Source of the DNA: Promethearchaeota archaeon
GTDB lineage: Archaea; Asgardarchaeota; Lokiarchaeia; Sigyniarchaeales; SOKP01
Length of the DNA stretch: 64,000 bases
Assembly: GCA_008080735.1 (NCBI GenBank)
Contig: SHMW01000005.1
Coordinates: 24,135-88,134, forward strand
Direction of reading: 5' to 3'
Shown: positions 8,230 to 17,859 of the stretch, one piece after another
How the letters are laid out: each line of letters starts with the position of its first letter
Numbering within the stretch: position 1 is the stretch's first letter
Position numbers and translations under genes: made by a program
The notes under the pieces: model-generated
Databases searched by the model: none
Told to the model about the DNA's origin: nothing
The model's input: only the letters and a program-made list of their open reading frames with translations

Positions 8230-11019
8230 ATGTACACGTATGATGAAGCATTAAAAAAAAGTACAGAATATTTTAATGGTGATGAATTAGCCGCTTCTGT
8301 TTGGCTTGGTAAATATGCGTTGCAAGATAACGATGGCAATTTATTAGAAAATTCTCCTGACCAAATGCACAGACGTTTGGCCAAGGAATTTGCACGTATC
8401 GAAAAAAACAAGTTTAAACAACCTTTGAATGAAGATGATATATACAAACTGTTTGATAAATTTAAATATATTATTCCGCAAGGTAGTGCGATGTATGGTA
8501 TTGGTAATGACTTTCAGTTTATCAGCTTGTCTAATTGTTATTTATTAGAAGCACCATTGGATTCGTATAACTCAATTATTTTGACAGACCAACAATTAGT
8601 TAATATCAGCAAACGTCGTGGCGGATGTGGTATCGATATATCCAACCTACGTCCTAATGGAACGCCAACGAAAAACGCAGCACGTACGTCTACTGGAATA
8701 ATTCCATTTATGGATAGATATTCTAATAGTACGCGAGAAGTTGGTCAAGCTAACCGTCGTGGTGCTTTGATGCTAACGTTATCGGTACATCATCCAGAAA
8801 TTGAAGACTTTGCAACAATTAAAAATAACGACACAAAAGTGACTGGTGCTAATATTTCTGTTCGTCTTAGTAAAGAATTTATTGATGCTGTAAGAAATGA
8901 TGAAGAATACGAACAACGATGGCCAATTGACGCTAAAAATCCAGTCGTTTCACGAATGGTATCTGCACAAAAGGTTTGGCAAACAATTGTACATTCGGCG
9001 TGGACACGTGCAGAGCCAGGGTTGTTAATGTGGGATAACGTTACCAAAAACACCCCAGCAGATTATTATCCAGAATATCAGAGTAAAGGTGTTAACCCTT
9101 GTCAACCAGCATGGGCCGAGGTATTAACTCCAGATGGTATAAAGACTATTGGCGATTTAGAAATAGGAGATTCCATCCTTTCTAAAGAAGGTTGGACAAC
9201 TGTTATAAATAAGTGGTCTAGTGGTATACAAGATGTATATAAGTTTTACACTACACATGGAACATTTGCTGGAACAAAACAACATAAAATATTTTCTAAT
9301 GGTAAAAAAATAGCTGTAGAAGATGCACTTGGTATCGATAGTCCATACTTATCTAATTCTAAGATATTAAAAACAGAGTTTATTTCATCTGAAGAAGTAT
9401 TTGATATAACAGTAGATAATAAAAGCAATAGTTATTGGTCTGGTGGTTTGGATGTTTCAAATTGTTCTGAAATTAATCTAAGTGAATTAGATAGTTGTAG
9501 ATTACTGGTATTAAATGTTTTGTCATTTGTCAATGATCCATTTACACCAAATTCTACATTTGATTTTGATAAATTCAGACAATATGCAAAGATTGCTCAA
9601 CGTCTGATGGACGATATGGTAGATCTTGAATCTGAAAAAATTTCTCGTATTATTGAAAAGATTGAATCAGATCCAGAACCACACGAGATGAAACAGTATG
9701 AATTAAACATGTGGACGAAAATTAAGAGGTTAAACGACGAAGGTCGCAGAACAGGCACTGGGGTAACTGCGATTGGAGACGCTTTGGCCGCTCTAAATAT
9801 CCAATATGGGTCTGATAAAAGTATTGATATGGTCGAGCAAATTTATCGAACACTTAAGCTTGGTTGTTACGAATCTTCAGTCGAGATGGCAGAAGAAATA
9901 GGTTCGTTTAAATGTTTTGATCACAATTTAGAAAAAGATTGTCCGTTTATTCTTAGAATAAAAGAAGAAGAGCCAGATCTATACGATAGAATGGCAAAAA
10001 GTGGTCGCAGAAACATTGCACTAACTACAACCGCACCAACAGGATCCGTATCTATTTTAACACAAACAAGCTCAGGTATTGAACCTGTTTTTCGTTTGTC
10101 TTATACAAGACGTAAGAAAATACATGATGATGTCAATAGCAGAGTAGATTTTATAGATGATGTTGGTGACAAATGGCAAGAATTTACGGTTTATCATCCG
10201 TCTGTTCTAAAATGGATGGATGTAACAGGAGAAACAGACGAAACCAAAAGCCCTTGGTTTGGATCGTGCTCGCCAGATATTAACTGGATTAACAGGGTTA
10301 AAATGCAAGCGGCTGCACAGCGACATGTTTGCCACGGTATATCATCAACAATTAACCTGCCAAATGATGCAACAGAAGAAACAGTCAACAAGATTTATCT
10401 TGAAGCTTTTGCGAGTGGATGCAAGGGAATTACTGTTTATAGAGATGGCTGTAGATCTGGTGTATTGGTTGAAAACCCAAAGAAAACTACTATTATTGAA
10501 ACAGCCGCACCGAAACGACCTAAAAAACTACCGTGCGATGTTTACCATTGTACCAACAAAGGTGATAGATATTATGTTGTTGTTGGAAAGTTTGACGGAT
10601 TGCCATATGAAGTGTTCACTGGCAAGAATGACGACGGCGAAGGTGATACAGTTATTCCCAAGGCTATTAAAGTTGGCGAATTAGTAAAAAAATCGCGTGG
10701 TCATTATGTTCTTACAAATGACGAACGTGATTATAGTTGCAAACTAACAAATGGTCATAGTGACGATGCAGTTGATGCATTAACACGAATGATTTCTACA
10801 TCTTTGCGTCATGGAGTACCTATCAGTTTTATAGTGGAACAATTGGAAAAGACAAAGGGAGATTTACAATCGTTCTCAAAAGTTTTGGCTCGTACTTTGA
10901 AACGATATATTCCAGACGGAACGATTAGTACTGAAGATTGCCCAGAGTGTGGTGAGCAATTGGTAAGAAAAGAAGGTTGTTTGTCGTGCAATAGTTGCGG
11001 ATGGTCCAAGTGTTGTTAA
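8230..11019 (+). CDS. nrdJ: Class II (adenosylcobalamin-dependent) ribonucleotide reductase with intein and C-terminal TSCPD/zinc ribbon
   Basis: SNCY, RRGGCG, RRGALM, AEPG, NP[intein]CSE, RRTGTG, TTAPTGSVS, SSGIEP, KGITVYRDGCR, C-terminal CPECG..EGC..C..CGWSKC. Confidence 0.95.
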   Translation: MYTYDEALKKSTEYFNGDELAASVWLGKYALQDNDGNLLENSPDQMHRRLAKEFARIEKNKFKQPLNEDDIYKLFDKFKYIIPQGSAMYGIGNDFQFISLSNCYLLEAPLDSYNSIILTDQQLVNISKRRGGCGIDISNLRPNGTPTKNAARTSTGIIPFMDRYSNSTREVGQANRRGALMLTLSVHHPEIEDFATIKNNDTKVTGANISVRLSKEFIDAVRNDEEYEQRWPIDAKNPVVSRMVSAQKVWQTIVHSAWTRAEPGLLMWDNVTKNTPADYYPEYQSKGVNPCQPAWAEVLTPDGIKTIGDLEIGDSILSKEGWTTVINKWSSGIQDVYKFYTTHGTFAGTKQHKIFSNGKKIAVEDALGIDSPYLSNSKILKTEFISSEEVFDITVDNKSNSYWSGGLDVSNCSEINLSELDSCRLLVLNVLSFVNDPFTPNSTFDFDKFRQYAKIAQRLMDDMVDLESEKISRIIEKIESDPEPHEMKQYELNMWTKIKRLNDEGRRTGTGVTAIGDALAALNIQYGSDKSIDMVEQIYRTLKLGCYESSVEMAEEIGSFKCFDHNLEKDCPFILRIKEEEPDLYDRMAKSGRRNIALTTTAPTGSVSILTQTSSGIEPVFRLSYTRRKKIHDDVNSRVDFIDDVGDKWQEFTVYHPSVLKWMDVTGETDETKSPWFGSCSPDINWINRVKMQAAAQRHVCHGISSTINLPNDATEETVNKIYLEAFASGCKGITVYRDGCRSGVLVENPKKTTIIETAAPKRPKKLPCDVYHCTNKGDRYYVVVGKFDGLPYEVFTGKNDDGEGDTVIPKAIKVGELVKKSRGHYVLTNDERDYSCKLTNGHSDDAVDALTRMISTSLRHGVPISFIVEQLEKTKGDLQSFSKVLARTLKRYIPDGTISTEDCPECGEQLVRKEGCLSCNSCGWSKCC
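9100..9462 (+). mobile_element. Mini-intein (121 aa) in the NrdJ active site, no homing endonuclease
   Basis: Begins CQPAWAEVLTPDG; block B-like GTKQHKIF; block F/G EEVFDITVDN...DVSN; +1 Cys; removal restores NPCSE. Confidence 0.92.
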
Positions 11020-11042
11020 TATAAATCAAAATTGTAATTGAG

Positions 11043-11252
11043 ATGAATAGAATTTCTACTGATAATTATACTATATTTTCTATTAAGATTGTTTATGACG
11101 ATAATACACGTAAATATTTGGAGCATAACAATTTGGAAGAATTACTAGATGATTTTAAAGGAAAATTTAAATATTTAGAACGTGCTAAATTAATAAGTAT
11201 GACAGTTTATAAGAATCCAGAAGACTACAGGGCTGATCGAGGATTTGAATAA
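11043..11252 (+). CDS. Hypothetical protein
   Basis: ORF. Confidence 0.6.
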   Translation: MNRISTDNYTIFSIKIVYDDNTRKYLEHNNLEELLDDFKGKFKYLERAKLISMTVYKNPEDYRADRGFE

Positions 11253-11419
11253 TGTATATTTTTATACCCAAATGGGTTATAATGTTATCTTTAGGAATAA
11301 TAGTTATATTACCAATAATAACATTGTTAATATATTGTACATATTGGTCTATAGAATTTATTATTAGAATTTTTCGAGTATATATACTTTTGATTGATTT
11401 TATAAAAAATAGAAATTAA
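11252..11419 (+). CDS. Small membrane protein (55 aa, not in the ORF track)
   Basis: MYIFIPKWVIMLSLGIIVILPIITLLIYCTYWSIEF...; TAATG coupling to the upstream ORF. Confidence 0.55.
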   Translation: MYIFIPKWVIMLSLGIIVILPIITLLIYCTYWSIEFIIRIFRVYILLIDFIKNRN

Positions 11420-11433
11420 AAGATTGTTATGAT

Positions 11434-12045
11434 ATGAATGTTAATAATATTAAAGTTTTACTAGCATGTGAAGAGAGTGGAGAGTGTCGTCGTGCTTTTC
11501 GTAAAATAGGATTTGATGCTTGGTCATGCGATATAATACCAGCTTCGGATAATAGTGATTATCACATACAAGATGATATTTTCAACGTATTAAATAATAA
11601 ACAAGAATGGCATTGTATGATAGCATTTTGGCCATGCACTAGATTATGTAATAGTGGTGTTAGATGGTTGCATGAAAGAAATTTGTGGACAGAAATGGAG
11701 CAATCTGCGTTAAAATTTAAGTACCTTTTAGAATTTAACAATATTCCATTAAGAGGTATGGAAAACCCAATACCACATAAATATGCTTTAGATATTATTG
11801 GTAGTAAATACGATCAAATTATACACCCATGGCAATTTGGACATGGAGAAACTAAGTCTACATGTTTATGGCTACGTGGTTTACCTAAATTAACTCCTAC
11901 AAATATTACTAACGATAGACAGCATCGTATTCATAGATTGCCACCAAGTTCAGATAGAAGCAAGATTAGATCTAGGACATATCCAGGAATAGCAAAAGCT
12001 ATGGCCGATCAATGGGGTAAAGCTATAGTAGAAAGGTATAGATAA
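11434..12045 (+). CDS. Short phage DNA cytosine-5 methyltransferase-like protein
   Basis: VLLACEESG, AWSCD, catalytic-type PC (FWPCTRL), ENP, K.TCLWLRGLP, RSRTYPGIAKAMADQWG. Confidence 0.8.
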   Translation: MNVNNIKVLLACEESGECRRAFRKIGFDAWSCDIIPASDNSDYHIQDDIFNVLNNKQEWHCMIAFWPCTRLCNSGVRWLHERNLWTEMEQSALKFKYLLEFNNIPLRGMENPIPHKYALDIIGSKYDQIIHPWQFGHGETKSTCLWLRGLPKLTPTNITNDRQHRIHRLPPSSDRSKIRSRTYPGIAKAMADQWGKAIVERYR

Positions 12046-12792
12046 ATGAGAATTACCAACCATATCAATAAAACATTTGGCATTTTAGGACTTCCAAACA
12101 GTGGTACTTCAATAGTTTGTAATATTTTTAATTCATTTGAAAATGGATTTTGTATATCAGAACCTTTAAGATCGTTAGATTCATCTTTATGTCATTTAAG
12201 GTTTGATAAATTAACAGGAAGTATTCCTCCTGTTTATAGCAGTATTATCCCCACGATTAACAAACTTGTAAAACATAGTAAAAAGTTTAAAATTGGTGGA
12301 CTTAAAGAAACTTTACAATTAAATAACTGTAAATATAGTAATGAATTGATTCATAACAGGCTAATTGATATAATAATTTTTGTTTTTAGAGATCCTCTAT
12401 ATCATTTTAACTCTATTTGCAAACAAGACGTTGCAAACAAACCAACAATTCGCGATTATAACAAAGAATATATAAGACTAATTGAGCAATATGATAAATC
12501 TCGTGCTATAAAACCAACATATTTTTTAAAATATGAAGAATTGTGTGAGAAAAAAGAACGATATTTTTGTGAATTTTGTGGAGATATGAAGATGGAATAT
12601 GACGATTTTACTATAAAACCAACTAATTATGAGATGGGGCATAAGATTGCAAACAAAAGTATCGAAATTAAATATTCAAACAATGACGTGAGTTATATAA
12701 CAGAACAGGATAAAGATGGGTTGTTATATGACTTAGGTTGTTATTATCATAATGATTTGTACAATCATAAGTCGTATATACCATTTGGATAA
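12046..12792 (+). CDS. Sulfotransferase-family protein
   Basis: 5'-PSB-like ILGLPNSGTS, SEP, 3'-PB-like FVFRDP, LKYEEL. Confidence 0.7.
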   Translation: MRITNHINKTFGILGLPNSGTSIVCNIFNSFENGFCISEPLRSLDSSLCHLRFDKLTGSIPPVYSSIIPTINKLVKHSKKFKIGGLKETLQLNNCKYSNELIHNRLIDIIIFVFRDPLYHFNSICKQDVANKPTIRDYNKEYIRLIEQYDKSRAIKPTYFLKYEELCEKKERYFCEFCGDMKMEYDDFTIKPTNYEMGHKIANKSIEIKYSNNDVSYITEQDKDGLLYDLGCYYHNDLYNHKSYIPFG

Positions 12793-12819
12793 ATAGATAT
12801 TTATTGAGAGAAATAAATA

Positions 12820-12951
12820 ATGTCTATAGAAACTAAACCAAGATCATTCAAAACAGAGGTATCCCACACTGCATTGGCTGACGCCGAAGTTGTGATTCGA
12901 CTCATCAGACACGCTATGAGAAGGCAAGCCGTAATCATGGAGCAAGACTAA
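12820..12951 (+). pseudogene. 43-aa ORF carrying a duplicated C-terminal fragment of the exonuclease at 13477
   Basis: EVSHTALADAEVVIRLIRHAMRRQ versus EVSHTALADARVVVQLIRHAMRKQ. Confidence 0.7.
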
Positions 12952-14055
12952 TGGACACGCTCTACAAGCTCACTGACCTAAACGGTCTGATAACAATCGC
13001 AGAACAGGCACTACATTGAGACTGAACATGAATGACAAAGAACGCAATCAAAAAGCAATTGAATCATACATCGAGGGGATGAAGGCTGTTGAGGAGGAAA
13101 AGAAAGCGGACCATATGCATCGTGAGCTTAACCGACTCATTGATCTTGGTTATGACGAACCAAATGGGGTTTTCCTAATCGCTGCTGAGCGAATCAGGCA
13201 ACGTATTGATGAACATTACAGCGATGCACATGACGACGAACACGGAAATTACGAAATGGTTCGTGCGGCATGTTGCTATGCCGAGGTGGGCAATGGTGGG
13301 CCGTATAGTCATCCGAACTCGCAGGAACCGCCGGATGATTGGCCTTGGGAAGATGCGTACTGGAAGCCATCCGCGGATCCAGTTCATAATCTAACAAAGG
13401 CTGGTGCGTTGATCGCTGCTGAAATTGACCGTTTATTACGGATGCGAATGGATATTTACACATAAGGATAACAAACATGAAATACTTAAGTATTGACATA
13501 GAAACAACAGGTCTTGATATTCAAAACCATCAAATACTGTCGTATGCTTTTGTTTTAGAGGATACAAATAAAAACATAGACATTGAAGACTTACCTTATG
13601 TCTACGGATTAGTTATGCATAAGGAAATTAGGGGTGACTTATACGCAATAGATATGAATATCCAGCTTATAAGGCGAATTTTAACCTGTTCTCACATAGA
13701 AGAATCTGTATCAAAAGGGCCATTTAGTTGCATAGTTCGTCCGGATAATATACGTGAGACGATGATTGAACAATTGAAAACGTTGTTCGATGGACATTTG
13801 CCTGAAGCAATAACTATTGCTGGCAAGAACGTACAAAGTTTTGACTTGCCATTTATACGTAATGTATATCCAGATTTCCCAGCACACAGGAGAGTAATTG
13901 ATCCCGGTTCTATGTATCTTGAAACTAACGACGAACAAGTGCCAAATTTACAAGAGTGTATGAAGCGAGCTAAAATTAAAGGTGAAGTATCTCACACTGC
14001 ATTGGCTGACGCCAGAGTTGTAGTCCAACTTATCAGACACGCTATGAGAAAGCAA
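12856..14055 (+). repeat. Imperfect 72-bp direct repeat (12856-12927 and 13984-14055)
   Basis: 62/72 identity by manual alignment. Confidence 0.9.
13028..13465 (+). CDS. Conserved hypothetical phage protein in a GC-richer patch
   Basis: IAAERIRQ...HDDEH...AACCYA...WPW....WKP....NLTKAGALIAAEIDRL, a recurrent phage motif; start at ATG 13028. Confidence 0.8.
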   Translation: MNDKERNQKAIESYIEGMKAVEEEKKADHMHRELNRLIDLGYDEPNGVFLIAAERIRQRIDEHYSDAHDDEHGNYEMVRAACCYAEVGNGGPYSHPNSQEPPDDWPWEDAYWKPSADPVHNLTKAGALIAAEIDRLLRMRMDIYT

Positions 14056-14064
14056 AATGATTAA
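13477..14064 (+). CDS. DEDDh 3'-5' exonuclease
   Basis: IDIETTGLD, AGKNVQSFDLPF, HTALADA. Confidence 0.9.
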   Translation: MKYLSIDIETTGLDIQNHQILSYAFVLEDTNKNIDIEDLPYVYGLVMHKEIRGDLYAIDMNIQLIRRILTCSHIEESVSKGPFSCIVRPDNIRETMIEQLKTLFDGHLPEAITIAGKNVQSFDLPFIRNVYPDFPAHRRVIDPGSMYLETNDEQVPNLQECMKRAKIKGEVSHTALADARVVVQLIRHAMRKQND

Positions 14065-14557
14065 TATTATAGCAGCGTTGTCTTCAAATCATATTATTGG
14101 TAAGGATGGTCAAATTCCTTGGAAATTAAAAGATGATATGCAAAATTTTTTCAGTTTAACTGCTGGTCATACAGTTATTATGGGAAGAAAAACATATGAA
14201 TCAATAAATCTTCCTAGATTACCCATGCGACAAAATATAGTTGTTACTCAAAATGGCGAACACTTAAAGAATACTGGTGTTATTTGGGCTAAAAATTATC
14301 AAGAAAGTTTAGATTTATATAAATGTAAACCACAAGGGGAAGTATATATTATTGGAGGATACTCAGCATATAAAAAATTTTTACCCAAAGCTGATAAAAT
14401 GATTCTAACATTTGTGGACACAGTAGTTTGTGGTCAAAATTTGGTTAAATTCCCAAAAGTTCAATGGCACGAATGGAACCCCATAAGCTATAAAACGTTT
14501 GCTAAAAATAAAGATAATCAACACAATTTTACAATTTGGAATTTTGAAAGGTTTTAA
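14057..14557 (+). CDS. folA: Dihydrofolate reductase
   Basis: IGKDGQIPWKLKDDM, VIMGRKTYES, LPMRQNIV, IIGG. Confidence 0.95.
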   Translation: MINIIAALSSNHIIGKDGQIPWKLKDDMQNFFSLTAGHTVIMGRKTYESINLPRLPMRQNIVVTQNGEHLKNTGVIWAKNYQESLDLYKCKPQGEVYIIGGYSAYKKFLPKADKMILTFVDTVVCGQNLVKFPKVQWHEWNPISYKTFAKNKDNQHNFTIWNFERF

Positions 14558-14559
14558 TT

Positions 14560-14808
14560 ATGAACGGGTTTTTCTTAGCACTTGGTATTGCACTTGGTTT
14601 AGCTGGGATGTGGGTATTTAAGCGTTATCATGGGTCTAAAGTATTTACTAGAAATGCTAGCAGTCGTCAATCCATTGAATCCGATTGTCACTATTGGGTC
14701 CGATTAGAGCGAAAATGGCATCGATTTACAAAAAATAGAATGGGAGAAGGCCGTGAAGCAGCTAAAAACAATAGCAATGATGCTCCTAATATTTTTGCTA
14801 TTAAGTAA
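14560..14808 (+). CDS. Small protein with N-terminal membrane anchor
   Basis: Hydrophobic N-terminus FFLALGIALGLAGMWVF. Confidence 0.65.
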   Translation: MNGFFLALGIALGLAGMWVFKRYHGSKVFTRNASSRQSIESDCHYWVRLERKWHRFTKNRMGEGREAAKNNSNDAPNIFAIK

Positions 14809-14896
14809 TATAATTAGTTGTCAAAATTTACCAAAAGAAAAAGACAATCATAACGATATAGCACCAAATTCTGTTCCAACTTATATGGTATAAATT

Positions 14897-15256
14897 ATGA
14901 AAAGTAAAGATTTAGTTAATATTTTAGCAGAAAAGTACCAACCTCCAGAATCTGCTAAGAACAACGCACAAAAAGTTTTAGATTGGCGTAAAGAACATGG
15001 CGATGATGTTAAGGGGATGACTTCAGTTGGATGGCGTAGGGCTAGACAGTTGGCAAGTGGGAAATCTGTGTCTAAGGATATCGTTAAAAGAATGGCTCAA
15101 TTCAATAGACATCGTAAGAATTATGAAAAAGCTAGAAAGAAGGAGGAATATAAGAGCGAACCTTGGAAAAGTGCTGCTATTGTAGCTTGGCTTGGATGGG
15201 GTGGGACTACTGGTATAAATTGGGCAATAGAAAAGTCAAAAGGATTTAAGGATTAA
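14897..15256 (+). CDS. Conserved basic phage domain (usually seen within head-related proteins)
   Basis: T.VG.RRARQLA....VS...VKRM..F.RH and VAWLGWGG..G..WA pattern. Confidence 0.7.
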   Translation: MKSKDLVNILAEKYQPPESAKNNAQKVLDWRKEHGDDVKGMTSVGWRRARQLASGKSVSKDIVKRMAQFNRHRKNYEKARKKEEYKSEPWKSAAIVAWLGWGGTTGINWAIEKSKGFKD

Positions 15257-15261
15257 TATAA

Positions 15262-15771
15262 ATGCCTACGTTGAAAGTTAAGAAACTAGATAAAGATGCA
15301 AAACTGCCTTTTAAGAAATTTCAGACAGATACTGGTTATGATTTAGTGGCTGTCAGTGATCCAGAATTTATTGAAGATAAGGATACCAAGACAACGTTTA
15401 TAGAATATAAAACAGGTATAGCAATTGAAATACCAGAAGGATACTGGGCAGCTATTTTCCCGCGATCTAGTGTTTCTAAGAAAACATTGGTATTAGCTAA
15501 TTCTGTTGGTGTAATAGATGAACAATATCGTGGCGAAGTTAGATTACGATTTAAATTCGTACATAATACAAATTATACCCCAAGTCGAATTGGTAGTGTT
15601 CATAATAGAGATACTATATATACTTCCGATGACAACGGCGAATTGTATAATAAAGGAGACAAAATTGGACAACTAGTTTTCTTTAAGCGTTATGATTTTG
15701 ATATTGAAGAAGTAGAAGAGTTGAATAATACACAACGTGGAGAAGGTGGATTTGGTTCCACAGGAAATTAA
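15262..15771 (+). CDS. dut: Trimeric dUTPase
   Basis: GYDL, PRSS, NSVGVIDEQYRGE, KIGQL, RGEGGFGSTG. Confidence 0.95.
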   Translation: MPTLKVKKLDKDAKLPFKKFQTDTGYDLVAVSDPEFIEDKDTKTTFIEYKTGIAIEIPEGYWAAIFPRSSVSKKTLVLANSVGVIDEQYRGEVRLRFKFVHNTNYTPSRIGSVHNRDTIYTSDDNGELYNKGDKIGQLVFFKRYDFDIEEVEELNNTQRGEGGFGSTGN

Positions 15772-15775
15772 TTAA

Positions 15776-15979
15776 ATGGCAAACATTAGGTATTTTTCTA
15801 AAGAAAATGGACCTTTTGATCGTTTTGACGAAGTAGTTATGATAACTCGTAATGATAATAATTCAGCCATATTTCGCGGTAGAGTTGATGGAAAATTCAC
15901 CGAAAAAACCTGTAATTATAACGAATTAATATTAATTGATCAAGATAAGACAGATGCTCAAATTAAGAGACTTGGTTAA
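15776..15979 (+). CDS. Hypothetical protein
   Basis: ORF in operon context. Confidence 0.6.
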   Translation: MANIRYFSKENGPFDRFDEVVMITRNDNNSAIFRGRVDGKFTEKTCNYNELILIDQDKTDAQIKRLG

Positions 15980-16163
15980 AATCAAAAGTACAAAACAATT
16001 TGGACAAATAATATATAAAATAAATGGACCCGAAACATTATATTTTATCAATATAGACAGTTCTAACAAATACGAAACATGTTTGGAAAGAGATTTGATT
16101 AAAGCACATGAATCTTCAAAGTTTTTGGGACAAAGCAAAGCAAGTCCGAAAAATACAAAATAA
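15954..16163 (+). CDS. Small hypothetical protein, possibly SH3/KOW-like
   Basis: LKLRDLVKIK....GQI pattern. Confidence 0.45.
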   Translation: MLKLRDLVKIKSTKQFGQIIYKINGPETLYFINIDSSNKYETCLERDLIKAHESSKFLGQSKASPKNTK

Positions 16164-16935
16164 CACTTGGCTTCCTGATAAATATGGGGGAATTACTATA
16201 AAGTCAGGTGTTATATATTGTAACAGTGAAAAAATTATTGAAGCTATAGATATAGCTAATAGTGATAATTCTATAACAAAAATTATAAGCGATAATGGCG
16301 ACCTTGGTATTGAAGAAATTAAAGAAAACACATTTGTTATTAAACGTGCTATAGATACTTTCGGCAAGGTGTTTAACTTTAATAATAAGCTAGGCTTATC
16401 TTGGTATGGTGTAAATCTTAATGTATCAGAAAAAGTTGGTACACCATTACCACTTGGGGTTTTGGACGAACATCTTAAAATAATAGATAAAATAAATAGT
16501 TTTGATAAAAAATCACTGGTTTATTGCAATTTTGACATTAGAACTAATATAACAAATAGAAAACCTATTTTTGACTGGGCTACAAATCAAGATTGGATAG
16601 ACGAAGAATTACCTCCCATTAACATTCCGTGGGAAATATATAAATTGAAATTGTTCGATTATTTTAATAAATTAAGCAGTTATTATTTTACATTAGCACC
16701 ATTCGGATGTGGTTACGATTGTTTTCGTACGTGGGAATCTTTATATTTGGGTGTTATACCTATAGTACAAAAATGCCAGGCTAATAAGTTCTTTGCTAAA
16801 AAACTACCAATATTAATGGTCGAAGATTATAAGGAATTGTCGAAAAATTATCTGGAACAAAAACTTAAAGAATTTTACAACAGGAACGATTATTCAGTAG
16901 ATTATTTAGATATGGATTATTGGTTATATGAATAA
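16108..16935 (+). CDS. Exostosin (GT47)-like glycosyltransferase
   Basis: YYFTLAPFGCGYDCFRTWESLYLGVIPIV matches the exostosin F.L.P.G....R..E....G.IPV motif. Confidence 0.75.
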   Translation: MNLQSFWDKAKQVRKIQNNTWLPDKYGGITIKSGVIYCNSEKIIEAIDIANSDNSITKIISDNGDLGIEEIKENTFVIKRAIDTFGKVFNFNNKLGLSWYGVNLNVSEKVGTPLPLGVLDEHLKIIDKINSFDKKSLVYCNFDIRTNITNRKPIFDWATNQDWIDEELPPINIPWEIYKLKLFDYFNKLSSYYFTLAPFGCGYDCFRTWESLYLGVIPIVQKCQANKFFAKKLPILMVEDYKELSKNYLEQKLKEFYNRNDYSVDYLDMDYWLYE

Positions 16936-17857
16936 TATATGCACACTATCAGATAAAAATTACGCTTTATACGGCTTATGTTTATACGAGTCGTTATTGG
17001 AAACAACCAATAAAGATTTCATGTTACATTATCTATGTTTAGACGATGAAACAATGGATATAATGGACTTACCGCAGATTAAATCATACCATATTAATGA
17101 TTATAAAAAATTTAATGATTTCGAAATATTAAGACAGAACAATAAATCTACTCCCAATGGTCTTTCTAGTTGGCATTTTGCATTAGCATCATACTTTGTT
17201 CATAAATTGATTAATGTCCACCATGTTAATAATTGTTTGTATGTTGATTCTGATATTATGTTTTACAATGATGTATCGAATATAATTTCTGAATGTGATA
17301 AACATAGTGTTGGGTTAATGACACACAAACATATGACGTATCGTAACATACTAAACAAACTTGATGTTGGTTATTATAATGTTGGTTTGGTATTCTTTAA
17401 TAATGACGAATATGGAATTTTTGCTAGTGATTGGTGGAAAAACGTAGTCATCACTCCAAATAATATTTGGCACGATTCATTAGGACAATGTTGGGATCAA
17501 AAATATTTAGAAGGTTTCCATATATTCCTACCAAACAATAGAATATTTGTGATAGATACTATATTCGGACATGGTGCTCCATGGAATTATTCACATTTGA
17601 AATTCGATTATAATAACAATAAACTAAAATGGATAGATGATGTTGGGTGTTTGACAGACCAAACAAATATATACGAACAGGATTTGTATTTTATACACTT
17701 TTCCCATTTTACACCAGATTTTCCTAACGATAAATACAATATGGATCGCAGTGGAGAGTTTTGTAATACTAAAATACAAAATAGACAAGATATAAAATGG
17801 TTTTATGACGATTACTTTGACAAACTGAAGAAGATTAAACAAAAATATGGAATTTGA
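16928..17857 (+). CDS. GT-A glycosyltransferase (GT8-like)
   Basis: CTLSDKNY, YVDSD (DxD), YNVGLV, DQKYL, APWN, FIHFSH. Confidence 0.8.
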   Translation: MNNICTLSDKNYALYGLCLYESLLETTNKDFMLHYLCLDDETMDIMDLPQIKSYHINDYKKFNDFEILRQNNKSTPNGLSSWHFALASYFVHKLINVHHVNNCLYVDSDIMFYNDVSNIISECDKHSVGLMTHKHMTYRNILNKLDVGYYNVGLVFFNNDEYGIFASDWWKNVVITPNNIWHDSLGQCWDQKYLEGFHIFLPNNRIFVIDTIFGHGAPWNYSHLKFDYNNNKLKWIDDVGCLTDQTNIYEQDLYFIHFSHFTPDFPNDKYNMDRSGEFCNTKIQNRQDIKWFYDDYFDKLKKIKQKYGI

Positions 17858-17859
17858 TA

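Noticed and set aside
12856-14055. Diversity-generating retroelement TR/VR pair
   Set aside because: Mismatches include C/T and both A-to-G and G-to-A changes, so they are not adenine-specific, and no reverse transcriptase is present in the window.
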